Source of the DNA: the human T2T-CHM13v2.0 reference genome, Homo sapiens
Direction: 5' to 3' (one strand)
DNA: 64,000 nt
Assembly: GCF_009914755.1 (NCBI RefSeq)
Contig: NC_060926.1
Both the position numbers and the translations under genes were made by a program. This document shows positions 37,691 through 50,985 of this stretch, piece by piece. The notes below the pieces were generated by a model. It saw only the letters and a list, made by a program, of their open reading frames with translations, did no database searches and had not been told where the DNA came from. How positions within the stretch are numbered: position 1 is the stretch's first letter; every line of letters starts with the position of its first letter.

Positions 37691-40534
37691 AGCATTCTTG
37701 AAGGTCAAGGACTTCTTGACCTTCAAGAAGTCACTGTTTTTACTGAATCACATATTTCTTTCTCAGAAAATATCATGAGACTCTATTAAGAGATATAGAC
37801 ACGCATTGCAAATTTCTCAACTACATTGTTGGAAACTAAAATATCTGAGCTGTTTCTATTTCCACACTGTAATATCATGATCTCTTTTTCTGAATATTAT
37901 TCTTTTTGAGATTCTCATGGCTGCCTTTTCTAAAAAATTCAAATTTATTGTATGCCTTCCAATGTCAGCAGACAAATTACATAGAGCAATAGGTTTTTGA
38001 CTAGTGTACATGGCTGGCCTGTTTGTTTCCCATATGCAAGGATGGGATGGAGAGGGGAGGAAAGCATTTGGGAGTGGGGAATGGCTCTAGCTGTGCTATA
38101 GATACCCTCACCCGCTATACTCCAATACCATTTCCCCTCCACTTTCAATGACACCCATTTACACTGAATTAAGACTATTCTGGGATTCTACCAGGCAGGT
38201 AGATTCACTTATTCTGGAAATAACTTTATTTAATCTGGTAACAGACTGCATATTTTCTATCTGCAAATGGTATATTAAAATATATTTTCCTTTTGTAGTG
38301 CCTTCTCTATTATGTTTGTTCCTATAGAATTATTTATATGCTCTCATTGTATTGGGGTCTTATGAGGGAGGTGGGCTCTAGCCACAACTTGAAATAGAAG
38401 CTCCTTACTTATTTTTAGAAACAGGAATATATTGATTTTAGAATAAAGAATATTGATAGGATCAACCAAATTTTGTGGCATACGAGTGTTCTGTTGCACA
38501 TGGTTTGGAAATACATTCCATCCTAGAGCTCTGTTTTTTTGTAAGCACATCATCTTGTCAACATGTAAAACCCTCAATGTCAGGTAACGTGTCTTTTATT
38601 TTTCATTTGGCCCTCAAAAATGTATACGTTGAAAGATTTAAATCTTTTGGTTAAAAGGATGAAACTAAAAGAATAACAGACAAGTTTTGTAAATCATAGA
38701 GAAACTTAGCATCTTCCTGTTGTACTTCTGCAAGTACCCATCATTTATTTCCTCAGCTGTGACCTTTTCTGTGATACAAAATAGAAAGGTTAAGAACTTT
38801 TAAATATTATGTAATTTGTTACCTTTAAGAAAGGATATTTGGGGTATGTGTCTACAGTAATTAACACCTGCTTGTGTTTTATAAACATTTCTAAGTATTG
38901 AAATATACATGTTCTTCAATCCAACCGCAAAACAACCTCAAGAAGTAGGACAAGTATTTTTAACTGCAACTCATAAATGTAAAGGTTAGTGACTCTGCCA
39001 AGATTTTCAGTTCGTGGTAAATCTGAAATTGAAATGAAGTCTTTTGACTCCTGAGAGATAGGTTTTTACATTAATCTACATTTTTGTTCAACAATTAAAC
39101 TTCATCTATATCTCGTAGGTAATTTTTCTAGACTTTAGGACAGGTAAGAGTATGCATATGGAAATAGAAGGATGGCAAAAGTAAAGTATGGAAAAATATT
39201 CAAATGATAAATCATAGAGGAAGTTAGAGGAAAAACAATCCAGGTTAGTAGCTGCAGGGAAATTTCAGGCTCAGCTGGTCCTTTCATAATCAGGGAGAGG
39301 AAGTCATACTCATAAGAACTGTAAAATATACCACTGCCCAACTTCAGGCCAACACACAAAAGGATGAGACTTCTCTCTTCAACCTAAACGTGGCCCATGT
39401 GTTCAGGCCAGCTCCTCTGCCTAACCTGAATATCATCCTCCTCTGTTTTCTCATAATAAGAACTCCGGGAAAAGCTATCAGATCAACCATGTGGTGAATC
39501 CCTACTTCTTTTTTCTTATGCCTATCCCAGTTGTTACGTGAGAAATTAACTGAAAAAGAAAAAACACAGATGTCCCTGTCTCTTCAGCAGGGAGTCAGAC
39601 AGGCCTATAAGCTGAGTACTCATCAGCACAAAAACTATGATGCAATTGCTCAGACTTTTCTTTAATTATTATAGAATTATGAGATTTTGGAGTTGGCCTA
39701 AAGACAGTAAGGGCAGGAGAAAACAGAAAAGTATTTCAGTAGTTGAGGTATCTAAAGAGAGATGTTTTTAGAGAAAAGATCATCTTTCTCTTGCCCTTTA
39801 CTGGTAAGACAGAAAGGAGGGGAAGAGAGAGAAAGCACAACTTTTATGTCTTTAAGAAGTTTTCTATATTTCAGTAGACAAGAAAACTGAAAATGATAAA
39901 GAAGACACTTTATGGTTTCTAGGTTATATTAATTCAGGACCCAAAGAAAAGATACTTTCTATTATTTCAAGAACTGTAAAACAGAGAAGTGAGAAGGTGG
40001 ACAAAGACTTTTAAAAAAAACTTTTATACACATAAGGAGTCATGCCTCCATATGTGATGTTGGTATATTCATTACATTCAGTAGAGATAAAGAATTATCC
40101 TCCTAGTAATTAATAGAAAATACCAGAGGAGAAGTTTTCTGGGGGTGGTAGTGTTCTAGCCAGTACATTTATTTATATCACAGTTTAATAAAACATTTCA
40201 ACTTTAACAAACCAATTTTAGAAATGAAATTATGAATCATATAATTTCTGTTAGTGAAATAACTTTTGCATTGGACATTATGGGCCTAGTAAGTTGTCAG
40301 ATACGTAGTAAGATTAGAGGATAAAAGGGGGAAACAAAATTATTGATACCTAATATGTATACATCTATATTATTAAACACTTTGTTACTGCCTTTAGAAG
40401 AGAAGAAATAAAGGTCTCTGTAGTCTTGGTGAGGAACCTAGAGACATTGCCAAATGAATATTGAACATATGAAGAAACATACACTTTCAAACTTAGGGTA
40501 GTCTTCTCGTGTTCTCCGTCTATATTTTATCCAC

Positions 40535-40810
40535 GTTTTAAGATCAAACTCAAATTCTGTCTCCTTTGTAAAACGTCTCTTCTTATCCAGTCTCAACTGC
40601 TCTCTGCCCTTCATCATCCAAACAGGTCTGTCTAGTTAGTGTTTGTCTGGATCCTTCATTTGGCAATCAGTCATATCCTACATTACGACGTGACTTGCTT
40701 TTTCTTGAAAATGTTTTAAACCTCCCCTTTCCAGGGAGACCATAGCTTTTTAAGAGCAGAAATAATTTATTCTATTATTTTTTGCTCAATAAACACTCAT
40801 TGATTTTTTT
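40535..40810 (+). mobile_element. L2 3' fragment
   Basis: tttaagatcaaactcaaatt...gctcaataaacactcattga. Confidence 0.5.
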
Positions 40811-41403
40811 ATTTGGGAAAAAAACAGAAAATGAGATCTAGCATATCAACAATGTAGTCAATTATTCACTGACAGCTCAAAGAGGAGAAAAATTGGTATA
40901 GACAGAAGCATTTGGGAAATCTTCAAGTAAGAGATAGAACTTGAACTGGGCCCTGAAAAGTAGAATAACTTGGGGAGAAAGTGCACGTTAGCTGAGGCAT
41001 TTGAAGTAAACTACCTACCATGCAATTTCAACGTAGCAGGGACTTATATACTACTGCCTAAACAAAGAGTCTGCCTCCCAAGATGAACCTATGAATTACT
41101 GTTAGATGGTTCAATATGACTTTAAAGATGAGATTTTGGGGCTGCAATGAGTTGCTAGTGAGGTCATGAATATTATCATGAGCACTAATTCTAAGATATA
41201 GAATTAATAAAATGTAATAAGTTCCACTTTCCCTTTTCCCCATCTTTTTTTTTTTTTTTTTTTAGCCCTTCTGGATACTTGTAATTGTGGTTGAAACAAA
41301 ACCACATTTTTTCCATAAAAAAAGAAATAAAAATATGAAGAGATAGAAACAGCAACAGTGAAGCTAAATTGAACCAAGATTGGTCAGAGTGCTAAACACC
41401 ATC

Positions 41404-41726
41404 TTTTTTTTTTGGGTGGTGGGGGTTGGGGGAGGAGATGGAGTCTCGCTCTGTCGCCAGGCTGGAGTGTGCAGTGATGCAGGGGTGCAATCTCGGCTCA
41501 CTGCAGCCTCTGCCTCCTGCGTTCAAGTGATTATCCTGCCTCAGCCTCCCAAGTGGCTGGAACTACAGGCACGCCCCACCATGCCCAGCTAACTTTTTTT
41601 GTAGTTTTAGTAGAGGCATGGTTTCACCCTATTGGCCAGGATGGTCTCGATGTCTTGACCTCATGATCCACCCACCTTGGCCTCCCAAAGTGCTGGGATA
41701 ACAGGCATGAGCCACTGCACCCGGCC
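41404..41726 (-). mobile_element. AluSc
   Basis: ctgtcgccaggct and ccaggatggtctcgat diagnostics; TSD taaa(c/t)accatctttt. Confidence 0.9.
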
Positions 41727-43006
41727 TAAATACCATCTTTAATTCACAGTGCAGGGTTGTACTACATTAAAGATTTGGGATTTTTGATTGAAAATATATG
41801 TATCTTTAAGCATAAGTGATTAATAATGAAATATGATTTTAAAAGAATCCTATGTTAAATTGCAGCAAGATCCTAGCAAGAAATGCATGGCACCCTCAGC
41901 TGGGATTTTTGAGACACTCTGAATACATTCCTTTTTCTATCATCTTTGCCCTAAAGTACACCTCCCTCCCTTTGCCCAATGCCTGATATTAGCAGGTAAA
42001 AAAGATACTATAGTCTAACAGGCCTAGTCAATTCTCTAAACTGCCTAAGCTCAGGACCCATTTAGGCAAGAAAAGGTGTTTAGCTTCGTCAGGAGTTTGT
42101 AATACCCCCAGCACTTCCCATTTATGAGAGAATTGAAATCTAGGCTTCTACTATAAGATTTCCCACAGGTTCTTTTTTCCTTTATTCAAGAAGTATTATC
42201 TGGGGGAATTGAATAAAATTATATTGATATTATTTTTAATTGACAAATTATAATAGGCTGTATTTTTCATGAAAGTACCATCCAGAGGTGAGACAAATGT
42301 TAATAGGTAGGATTAAGGGAATCAAAAAGCAACGTAGAAGATCTAGGGACTAGCAACTGTGGGAAGCTCTGCACCTCTATAAAGGGTCTAGCTTTCTAGG
42401 ACAGTCTTTTCCCTTATTCAATCCCGATTTCATCCAGCCCCATCTTCCTCCACAGTGCCTGAAACTAAGGTCAGCGTATAGCCGGTATTGAGATGCAGCC
42501 TTTTTCTCCCCATTTCTAACTCCTCCTCTCTTAGCTCTTAGTTGATGCATCTTTTTTCAAACTAGTTTGATTCCCCCAATAATAAGGTTTAACAGAATTT
42601 TCTACCTCTCATATTGCAAAATTACTGCATTATACTATTGACTGTTATCACACCCAGATGGTAGTATTAATTAATCAATACTTATAATAGGAAGATGAGG
42701 TATACAGAAACCGCTCAAGGGCACCCAGCTAATATATAATAGAATAGGTGTTCAGTGACTACCTTTTGTCTATAAAGGAAAGCCCTAACTCTTTTCATTA
42801 AAAAAGCCTTCACAACCCATCCCATCCCCTATCATGTTTCCCCTTGACCTCTAGCCACTTTCTTTATAAATTGCTATAGACTGAATTGTGTTCCCCAAAA
42901 TTCATATGTTGAAGCCCTAAGCCCCAATGTAATGGTATTTGGACATGGGGGCTTTGAGAGGTAATGAGGGTTAGATGAGGCCAAGAGGGTGAGGCCCTCA
43001 TGATGG

Positions 43007-44885
43007 TGTCACAGGATCCTTGAGGTGTCACATTTCCAGCTGGAAACCTCTGTGGCCAGTGTGCCTTTGCCTGAGTTATGGTCAGCATGCTGGACTTGTT
43101 CTACCCACTTAGCCCAGCAGGCTGCGCTCAGCTCACACTACTGGCTCAAATCCCACGCCTGCCAAGGGTGAGTCAGGCACAGAGCAGTGAGGGGTGTGTG
43201 AGCAAGTGCAGGGTCTGGCCACTGTGCACAGCCAGGTACGCCAGCTGCAGCAGGGTGGGCAGCTCCAGGCAACAACTCCATACAAGGCTGTGGCTGGACC
43301 AGGGATGCTGCAAGCAGCTTCAGCTGCAGGCACTAGGGAACACGATGGTGCCCAGAAGCCTGGAAACACCAGGAAACACAGAGCCCCAAAGAGGGCATAA
43401 CAGCCCTGGCTCAGGGAGCACCTAAGTCTGGACTCCCCAAAGAGCAACAGCTCTCTCCTTCTTATAGCTCACAAGGTGGCAAGCAGGGGACATGTTTCAG
43501 CACTATTTGTGTTACAGCTCTTTCAGTATCGCCATTCGGTGGGTTTGGGTTCTTGTCCCACATCCAGGAAGAATGACGTACATGGACAACTGGAGGGTAG
43601 CAAGGTGGAGAGGAGCTTTGTTGACCAACAGAACAGCTCTCAGGAGACCTAAAGTGGGTAGCTCCTTTCCACAGGTACATTGTCCCAATGAGAATCCAGC
43701 ACTCAGCAGAGAGGAGACCTGTGGTGGGTAGCTCCTTTCTGCTGGCAGGTCATCCCGATGAGTTGAGGAAACCCTATGTGGGTGGCTCCTTTCCATAGCT
43801 GGTAGCCCTGACATCTGTGTAAGTCTGGCTGAGTCCAGGGGTTTTTGTTTGTTTGTTTTGAGATGGAGTCTCGCTCTGTCACCCAAGCTGGAGCACAGTG
43901 GTGCATTCTTGGCTCACTGCAACTTCTGCCTCCCGGGTTCAAGCAATTCTCCCTGCCTCAGTCTCCCAAGTAGCTGGGATCACAGGCACCCAGCACTGAA
44001 CCTGGCTAATTTTTGTATTTTTAGTAGAGACAGGTTTTGGCCATTTGGCCAGGCTAATCTCAAACTCCAGACCTCAGGTGATCTGCCCACCTTGGCCTCC
44101 CAAAGTACTGAGATTACAGGCATGAGCCACCACACAGGCCTGAGTCCAGGGATTTTATGGGCTCAGAAGGGAAGAAGTGCATGCTGATTGGTTCAGGGGC
44201 AGCCATGGGCAGGCCTGGAAAAAGCATCATCCAACAGTCTGAATGGTCATCAAGGAAGTCCTCGCTGAATGAGAAGGTCAACCAGAACTGGCACCCAGGT
44301 CCCCAGGCTTCAGGCCATTTCTGACCAAAGTGGAGTTTCGACAGGGACCGTACCTTCCCGTCCTGTCTGCCTCCCACCATAGAGGGTTGCCTGCAGGCCC
44401 ATGCCAAGCCTCCCTCAGTGCCTCCCCACCAACATAACAACCCGCCTCCCAAAGTCTGGCCAAAGTCCAGAGAGGACCAAGTCCAGAGGGACCAGGGGAC
44501 TGGCGTGTCAGTGCCATCCTGAGTGCATGCACACCCAGCCGTGTTTCGACAGCATCCAGGGTCAGCTGCAAGTTTGCTCTGCACCAGAGAGGACACAGGG
44601 TGTTGGGAGGCCTGGGAGCAGGAGCAAGCACTTCCGAGCCTGAGGGAGGAAGGGGGTGCTTCCCACCCAGAGAGCACGCAGGAATGCCTGGGTCTGGAGC
44701 CTCAGTTGGGCAGCTGCAGCTGTGCCCACAAGTACAGGCCTCCTGCCCCACCAACTCCCTAGGGGGCATGACTCCCACCTGTGCTGAACCCTGCAAACTC
44801 CAGGGAGCCTGCTGCCCCAGCAGGACCTCCCCTGCTGAAGCTGGCATCCCTGCAGGCTGCTCCAAATGGGCCGCTGCAACCATCA
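43007..44885 (-). mobile_element. MER52 ERV1 solo LTR (GC-rich)
   Basis: tgtcacaggatccttg...ccgctgcaaccatca termini; repeated gggtagctcctttc motifs; 4-bp TSD atgg/ttgg. Confidence 0.85.
43842..44140 (-). mobile_element. AluSx-like inserted in MER52
   Basis: TSD tgagtccaggg(g/a)tttt. Confidence 0.92.
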
Positions 44886-45881
44886 TTGGGATTAATGGCT
44901 TTACAAAAGGAAGAAAAGAGAGATTGCTAGCTCCAGCATGCAAGGACATTGCAAAAGGTGCCACCTGCAAGCCAGGAAGACCCTCACTAAAAGGGGAATC
45001 ACCTGGCACATGGATCTTTGACTTCCTAGCCTCCATAAAATAAATTTTTGTTGCTCATGTTCTCAGCATATGGTGTTTCATTATAACAACGTGACCTAAG
45101 ACCAATGTGGTATGCCTTGCTACAAAAAAAAACTATCGACCTTTCTCTGAATGTGAAAGTGATTAAAACATCATACCTTTGCTTAGTTTTCCTCTGCTTT
45201 CAGTGTTCTTTAACCACCTGCGCTTCTTCCGTGCAACCTCCCCACATTCGCCCTGAACAAGCAGGCACACCTATTATGCCTGGTAATACTCTAAATTGCT
45301 TTTCAAAATTCAGCTCTCTACTCCCTATAAGCCCTTCCTCAAATATTTCAGGTAGAAGAAATCCTTTCCTTAGCACTATTCAAGGAGCTTTATTAGGGAG
45401 ATAGATACTCTGTTTCTCCAGGGATTTAGACTGATTCATCTTGGCTTATCAGCATCTAGCAAGGTTTTTGCCATCTAGAAAGTTTCCAACATTTATTACA
45501 TTAATGAGATGATGAATGAAAGAAGGAAAGAATGTAAATATTTAAGTCAACCAGAAACTGAACAAAGAAACTTGTATTTCTGGAGTATATTATTTGAAAT
45601 AGTCAATCTTTGATGAATAAATTTCTGTTTAAGACTGAAATTGGACCTTATATTCCATTTGTGTTAGCCTGCTACTATTTAATGGCACTGTGTATATAAG
45701 ATATCAGATTTTAAAAACAACGAAATATTTCAAAATATTTCCCAATTTTTACTTTTGTGTGCATTACAATGTGTTTATTTTTCTAAGAATGCTTTCAGAA
45801 ATGTGATATCTCAAATAACAATGAAACTCTTCTGCAATAACATGCCCACAAAATCAAGAATTTCGCTATGTCACACCTAAT

Positions 45882-46050
45882 CAGTGCTTCACAAATGAGG
45901 ACTTTCTACATTAGAATCTCTTGTGATTAGTAATAAAATTTAGATAACTGGAATTCACCCCAGACCCCCTACATCAGATCTTTGGGGAATAAGCCCAGAA
46001 ATTTTCACTTTAATACGTTCATCAGTGAATTTCCAAAAACACTTATGTTT
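45882..46050. mobile_element. MER5A-like hAT MITE
   Basis: cagtgcttcacaaa...cattagaatc...caccccagacc...aagcccagaaatt. Confidence 0.65.
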
Positions 46051-46069
46051 TCTTGGATGTCAGCATAGA

Positions 46070-46420
46070 TTGCTTTCTTATCTCCTTTAGGTTTTTATTG
46101 ACAGCAAATACGTCTCAAAGATATCTTCTCTGATCACTCTGTTTGAAACTGTAACCTCCCTATCTCAATATTTTATGTTCTTTATCCCCCTTCATTACCT
46201 TATTTTTGTCCCTAAAATTGATCACTCTCTGAAACTCTCTGTATATTGCTCATTTATTGCTTTGTCTGCCCTCTTCCAACCCACTTCTTGGCAACTAGAA
46301 TATAAACTATGAGAACAGGTATTTTTAAAGACTATGTTTTTCTCACTGTTGTATGTCCATTACCTAGTAAAGTCCTTGACCATTATAGTGTTCCATAAAT
46401 ATTATTAAATAAATGAATCA
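46070..46420 (+). mobile_element. L2a 3' end
   Basis: actagaatataaactatgagaacagg...tcactgttgtat...ataaatattattaaataaatgaat. Confidence 0.75.
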
Positions 46421-47522
46421 CTCCATCAAGTGTTTTTGAGTTCACATACTACAATATTAACATTCGTTTACCTCCTTTCTCCCATCAGAGAGAGATCTCA
46501 ACTCTACCTCTCCCAGAAAAAGAAAAAAAAGCAGTGTATAATTTGGATCTGTAGATGAATGTTTCTTTGAAATATGTCTTGTGTTCTTCACACTACAACC
46601 TAGCAGAAAGCTTTTACTCTCTCTCTTCATCATCACCATCTTTGTGTATTTCTTTGATGTCAAACTCTAAGGTCAAAGATGGGGTGAGGATGAAATTAAA
46701 AGAGAAAAATCAAGAAGTGTCAACCTTAATGGTAGCAATAAATAATGTTTGAAAAGCTTCCTAAGAATAGATGACACAGTCTGTGTAGGAGTATGTAAAT
46801 GATATGCAAATCAGAAACTAATTTTAATGCAAATGCATATGTGGTCCTCCTAACTATTTCATGCACCTGGATAGAACCCCTAAGGAAAACTCTAGTGGAG
46901 AGAAATATGCTCTCAGCAATGTTTTAATGACTGGGTGGATTGGAGAGCAGAGAGTACCACACCTGGCATGCATTAGAGGACCTGCTAGTTAGCTGCTAAA
47001 AACAAGCTTTTATATATGTAATATTGTTTTGCAGCTTGGGTGAGCTACCAATTTGAATTGCACACACCTTAGCGTACCTGTGCTATAAATGGGTATAACA
47101 TTGCTTTGCCTCAACCTAGTAGACAGTGTTTATCAGCTAACACATTGTTTAAAGCAGGCATGTAGAGACATTTTTGGAGCAAAGGTACTGCTAAATATAA
47201 ATTATCCCAACTCAGTGCTATGGTCATATTTCATTATGAAATATTTCACTATGTCTCACTGGGTAATTTGCATCCTCTGAGTAATATGAATTTTATAAAA
47301 TGGAGAAAAACTGTTGTAAAAATAACATTTAAGGTAAAATAAGTTTGCCACTGTTGTTTTGAGAGCTTAAATATCATCAAAATTGACAGGAGAATAAAAA
47401 AAGGCCAAAAGGAAATGTCTCAGTTCAAAGACCATATACGGGAAACAGAGAGACCAAGTACTATTTTGTCTTATGACAGCACTGCATAATTTGTCTGTTC
47501 ATTATGGAGAATGAAAGAGAAT

Positions 47523-48210
47523 TGTATTAGGTCACACTTTTTTTTTTTTTTTTGAGACAAAGTTTCACTCTTTCTCCTCTGCCCTCTGGGTTCAAGTGAT
47601 TCTCCTGCCTCAGCCTTCCAAGTAGCTGGGGACTACAGGCTTCCACCACCTCACCTGGCTCATTTTTGTATTTTTAGTAGAGACGGGTTTTCACCATGTT
47701 GGCCAGGCTGGTCTCGAAATCCTGGCCTCAGGTAATCCACCTGCCTCAGCCTCCCAAAGTGTTAAGATTACAGGCATGAGGCACTGCACTCAGCCATATT
47801 AGACCATTCTTAAATTACTGTAAAGAAATACCTGAGACTGGGTGATTTATTTATTTTTTAAAGAGTTTTAACTGGCTCACAGTTCTACAGATCGTACAAG
47901 AAACATAGTGGCCTCCACAGAAGCAGAGGCCTCAGGAAGCTTCTAATCATGGTGGAAGGCAAAAGGGAAGCAGGCTCATCACATGGTGAAAGTAGGAGCA
48001 AGGAGGGGGTCGGGGAAGTGCTGCACACTTTTTAACAACCAGTCTAGAGAAAACTCACTATAGTGAGGACAGCATCAAGAGGATGGTGCTAAATCATTCA
48101 TGAAGGATCCACCCTCATGCTTCAATCACCTCTCACCAGGTTCCACCTCCAACAGTGAGAATTACATTTTAACATGAGATTTGGGTGGGGCAAATATCCA
48201 AACTATATCA
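47523..48210 (-). mobile_element. MSTA solo LTR with Alu insertion
   Basis: tgtattagg...aaactatatca; TSD agaat/ataat. Confidence 0.87.
47538..47795 (-). mobile_element. AluS with internal deletion
   Basis: Poly-T; right arm lacks the ggctggagtgcagtgg segment; TSD resembles tattag.cca..ctt. Confidence 0.88.
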
Positions 48211-48698
48211 ATAATCATGAAAAATTATCACCGTACATTTCTACAGCCTTTTATTATTATCAGTGCTCTTCAGACTATTGTCTCCACTGACTGTTGTGAC
48301 AACAACTAGATATGGCTCCATTATGACCCCTATTTTATTTTTTAAAGTATTTTTAAAAGTAAACCAAACTTTTGTTTCTGGCACCATGACTGGCAGTGTG
48401 CTCTAAAGGGCCTTCCTGCATCAATACATCATGTATTGTATAGAATACATGTTTTATGGTATCACTGTTCTAACAGAAGTAACTCTTAACATCTCTTATT
48501 TTCATATGGGAGATGCAGGATTTTTCTGAGAGCCAACTACAATGCCATTGGTGTGATCAGGATAATGAGCTTTGAGCTAATTGTGTGGTAGGGCAGTTAC
48601 CTGTACTGTTTCAGGTCAAGGGAGATGGTTAATTGGACCCAGTTTCTAGGTAGAATCTTCTGGCTTCCAGCAGACACTGAAGCTGAAGCAAATATAAC

Positions 48699-48865
48699 TT
48701 CATGCTACTCCAAGTGTGGTCTGAGGACCAAGAGCAGAGGCATCATCTGTGAGCAGGTTAGAAACCCAGACTCTTAGGTCCCAACCCAGATCTATTGAAT
48801 TATAATCTATATTTCAGTAAATTATTCAGGTGGTTCTGATGGATATTATAGTTGGAAAAGAATTG
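48699..48865. mobile_element. MER5A
   Basis: gctactccaagtgtggtc...gttagaaa...cccagatctattgaat...caggtggttctgat. Confidence 0.75.
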
Positions 48866-48966
48866 TTGTAAACAGAAATATTTCTTAATATAGGCCCAAA
48901 AGACAGCAAATGTAAAGTAATGATCTCAGAGTTACAAACTACAAAGCACTCAAAATAAGAAATATA

Positions 48967-49704
48967 TGGTAATTCTATTTTTTATTTATGAACCTCCATG
49001 CTATTTGCCATAATGGCAGCACCAATCTACATTCCCATCAACGCTGGGTACGTTCCTTTTCTCCATACCCTCACCAATATTTGTCATCTCTTGACTCTTT
49101 GATAAAAGCCATCTTAATGAGTGTAAGGTTATATCTTAAAGTCATTTTGATTTGCACTTCCTTAGTGATTAATGATGCTGAGCATCTTCTCATAAAACTG
49201 TTGACCATTTTTATTTCTTCTTTGGAGAAATGCCTATCCAGGTCCTTTACCCATTTTTAAATCAGGTTATTTGCTTTTCTACTATTGAGTTGTATAAGTT
49301 CTTTGTGTATTTTGGATATAAATCCCTTATCAGTTATATGGTTTGCAAATTTTTTTTACCAATCTGTAAGCTGCCATTTCTTTTTGATAATTGTTTCTTT
49401 AGCTGTGCAGAAGCATTTTTAGTTTGAGGTAGTCTCATTTGTTTTTGCTTTTGTAGTCTGAGCTTTTCTTATGATATCCAAAAATCATTACCAAGGCCAA
49501 TGCCAAGGGGCTTTCCCCCTGTGTTTTCTCCTAGGGGTTTTTGTGTCCTATGAATCCCTCTTCTGGGCATAAACTTATTGGAAATAAGATTACCATCCCA
49601 TAAAGATATCTTCACTTCCACATTCACTGTATCACTATTCATAGCTGCCAAGACATGGAAACAATCAAAGTGTCCATCAACAGATGAATGGGTATGTGTG
49701 TATA

Positions 49705-49744
<40 letters not shown>

Positions 49745-50216
49745 GGAATATTATTCAGCCATAAAAAGGGAGAGCCTGCCATTTGCTGCAACTTGATAAA
49801 CCTAGAAAACATTATGCTAAGTGAAATAAACCAGACACAAAGGAAAATATTTCATGATCTCGCTTATATATGTGCTCTGAAAGAAAAAAAGAGCCAAATA
49901 CACAGAAACAGAGAAAACAGTGGTTACCAGGAGTGGGGTGGGGAGATGTAACTTAGAGGTTATAAAGTAGCAGATATATAGGCCGAATAAGTCTAGAGAT
50001 CTAACGTACAACATGAAGACTGTAGTTGACAAACTTATACTGTATTTGGGATTCCTGCTAAAAAAGTAGATTTTAGCTGCTTGCTTAAAAAGAAAAATCA
50101 AAATGACTATGCGATATCATAGATATGTTAATTTGCTTCACTATGGTAACCATTTTACTATCTATATGCAGTAACATCATATTGTATACTTTAAATATAC
50201 ACAATAAAGTTTCTCT
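48967..50216 (+). mobile_element. L1MA (MA7/8-like) with inverted 5' segment (~48962-49545 on minus)
   Basis: Inverted ORF2 segment joined to a sense 3' end; TSD tcaaaataagaaatata/tcaaaataaaaatata. Confidence 0.85.
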
Positions 50217-50232
50217 TCAAAATAAAAATATA

Positions 50233-50760
50233 ATTGTTGAAAGAAAAAGAAAAATCACAGCAGATTAGACATAGCTAAAGATAAAATAAATGAGCTGGAA
50301 TACATATGTGAATAAATTATCCAGAATGTAGCACTAAGGAAAAGATGATAAATTCAAAAATGAGCCTAAGAGCTACATAAGACAGATTGAACCTATTAGC
50401 TCATATACTTGGAATGCTGGAAGGACATATTAGAAGTAATATTTTTAAAAAGTAATGACTTAAGTTATACAGCACCAATCAAAAGTAATAAATTCACTTG
50501 TCTTCATAAAACCTGCCTATATATTGAAATCAAATGTCAGAAGGCCCTAAAGACAAAAATATCTTTTAAAAAGTCAGAGAAAAAAAGAGATCACCTAAGA
50601 AAGAAAAACAAATAGAATGACAGCAGAGTTCCCAACAGTAAAAGTGAAAGAAAAGTAATTTAATAATATTGGCCAACTTAGATTGTGAAGCCAGCAAAAC
50701 TACTTTCAAAAGAAAGGACAAAATTTAAATGTTTACAGAAAAAATTAACCTTAGAGTGTT
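50233..50760 (+). mobile_element. HAL1/L1M ORF1-like remnant (host of the L1MA)
   Basis: acagcagattagacatagctaaagat...aaattatccagaatgtagcac...aaactactttcaaaa. Confidence 0.6.
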
Positions 50761-50844
50761 CAGTGGACTGGAAAACAAACTGTCACTATGCTTCTACAGA
50801 TTCAATGTGTGCTTTCATCTCTAACCCATGTTCCTTGTTTTGTG

Positions 50845-50985
50845 TTATTTTTAAACTTTTATTGTAAGTTCACGGGTACATGTGCAGGTTTGTCACATAG
50901 GTAAACGTGTGTCATGGGGGTTTGTGGTACAGATTATTTCATCACCCAGGTAGGTATTAAGCTTAGTATTCATTAGTTATCTTTG
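50845..50985 (-). mobile_element. L1PA 3' terminal fragment
   Basis: gggtacatgtgcaggtttgtcacataggtaaacgtgtgtcatgggg. Confidence 0.85.

Larger units (their letters stand above)
42872..45103 (+). mobile_element. MLT1A LTR split by MER52 (42872-43006 and 44886-45103)
   Basis: tgctatagactgaattgtgttcccc...ccctcatgatgg | gggattaatggc...taagac. Confidence 0.85.

Noticed and set aside
39280-40060. Possible ancient LTR-like sequence (also near 36290-36530 and 59690-60010)
   Set aside because: I could not identify termini, TSDs or a family with confidence.
43078-45043. Cluster of long overlapping ORFs up to 252 aa
   Set aside because: They lie in GC-rich MER52/Alu/MLT1A sequence with few stop codons, are open on both strands, and show no recognisable domain.
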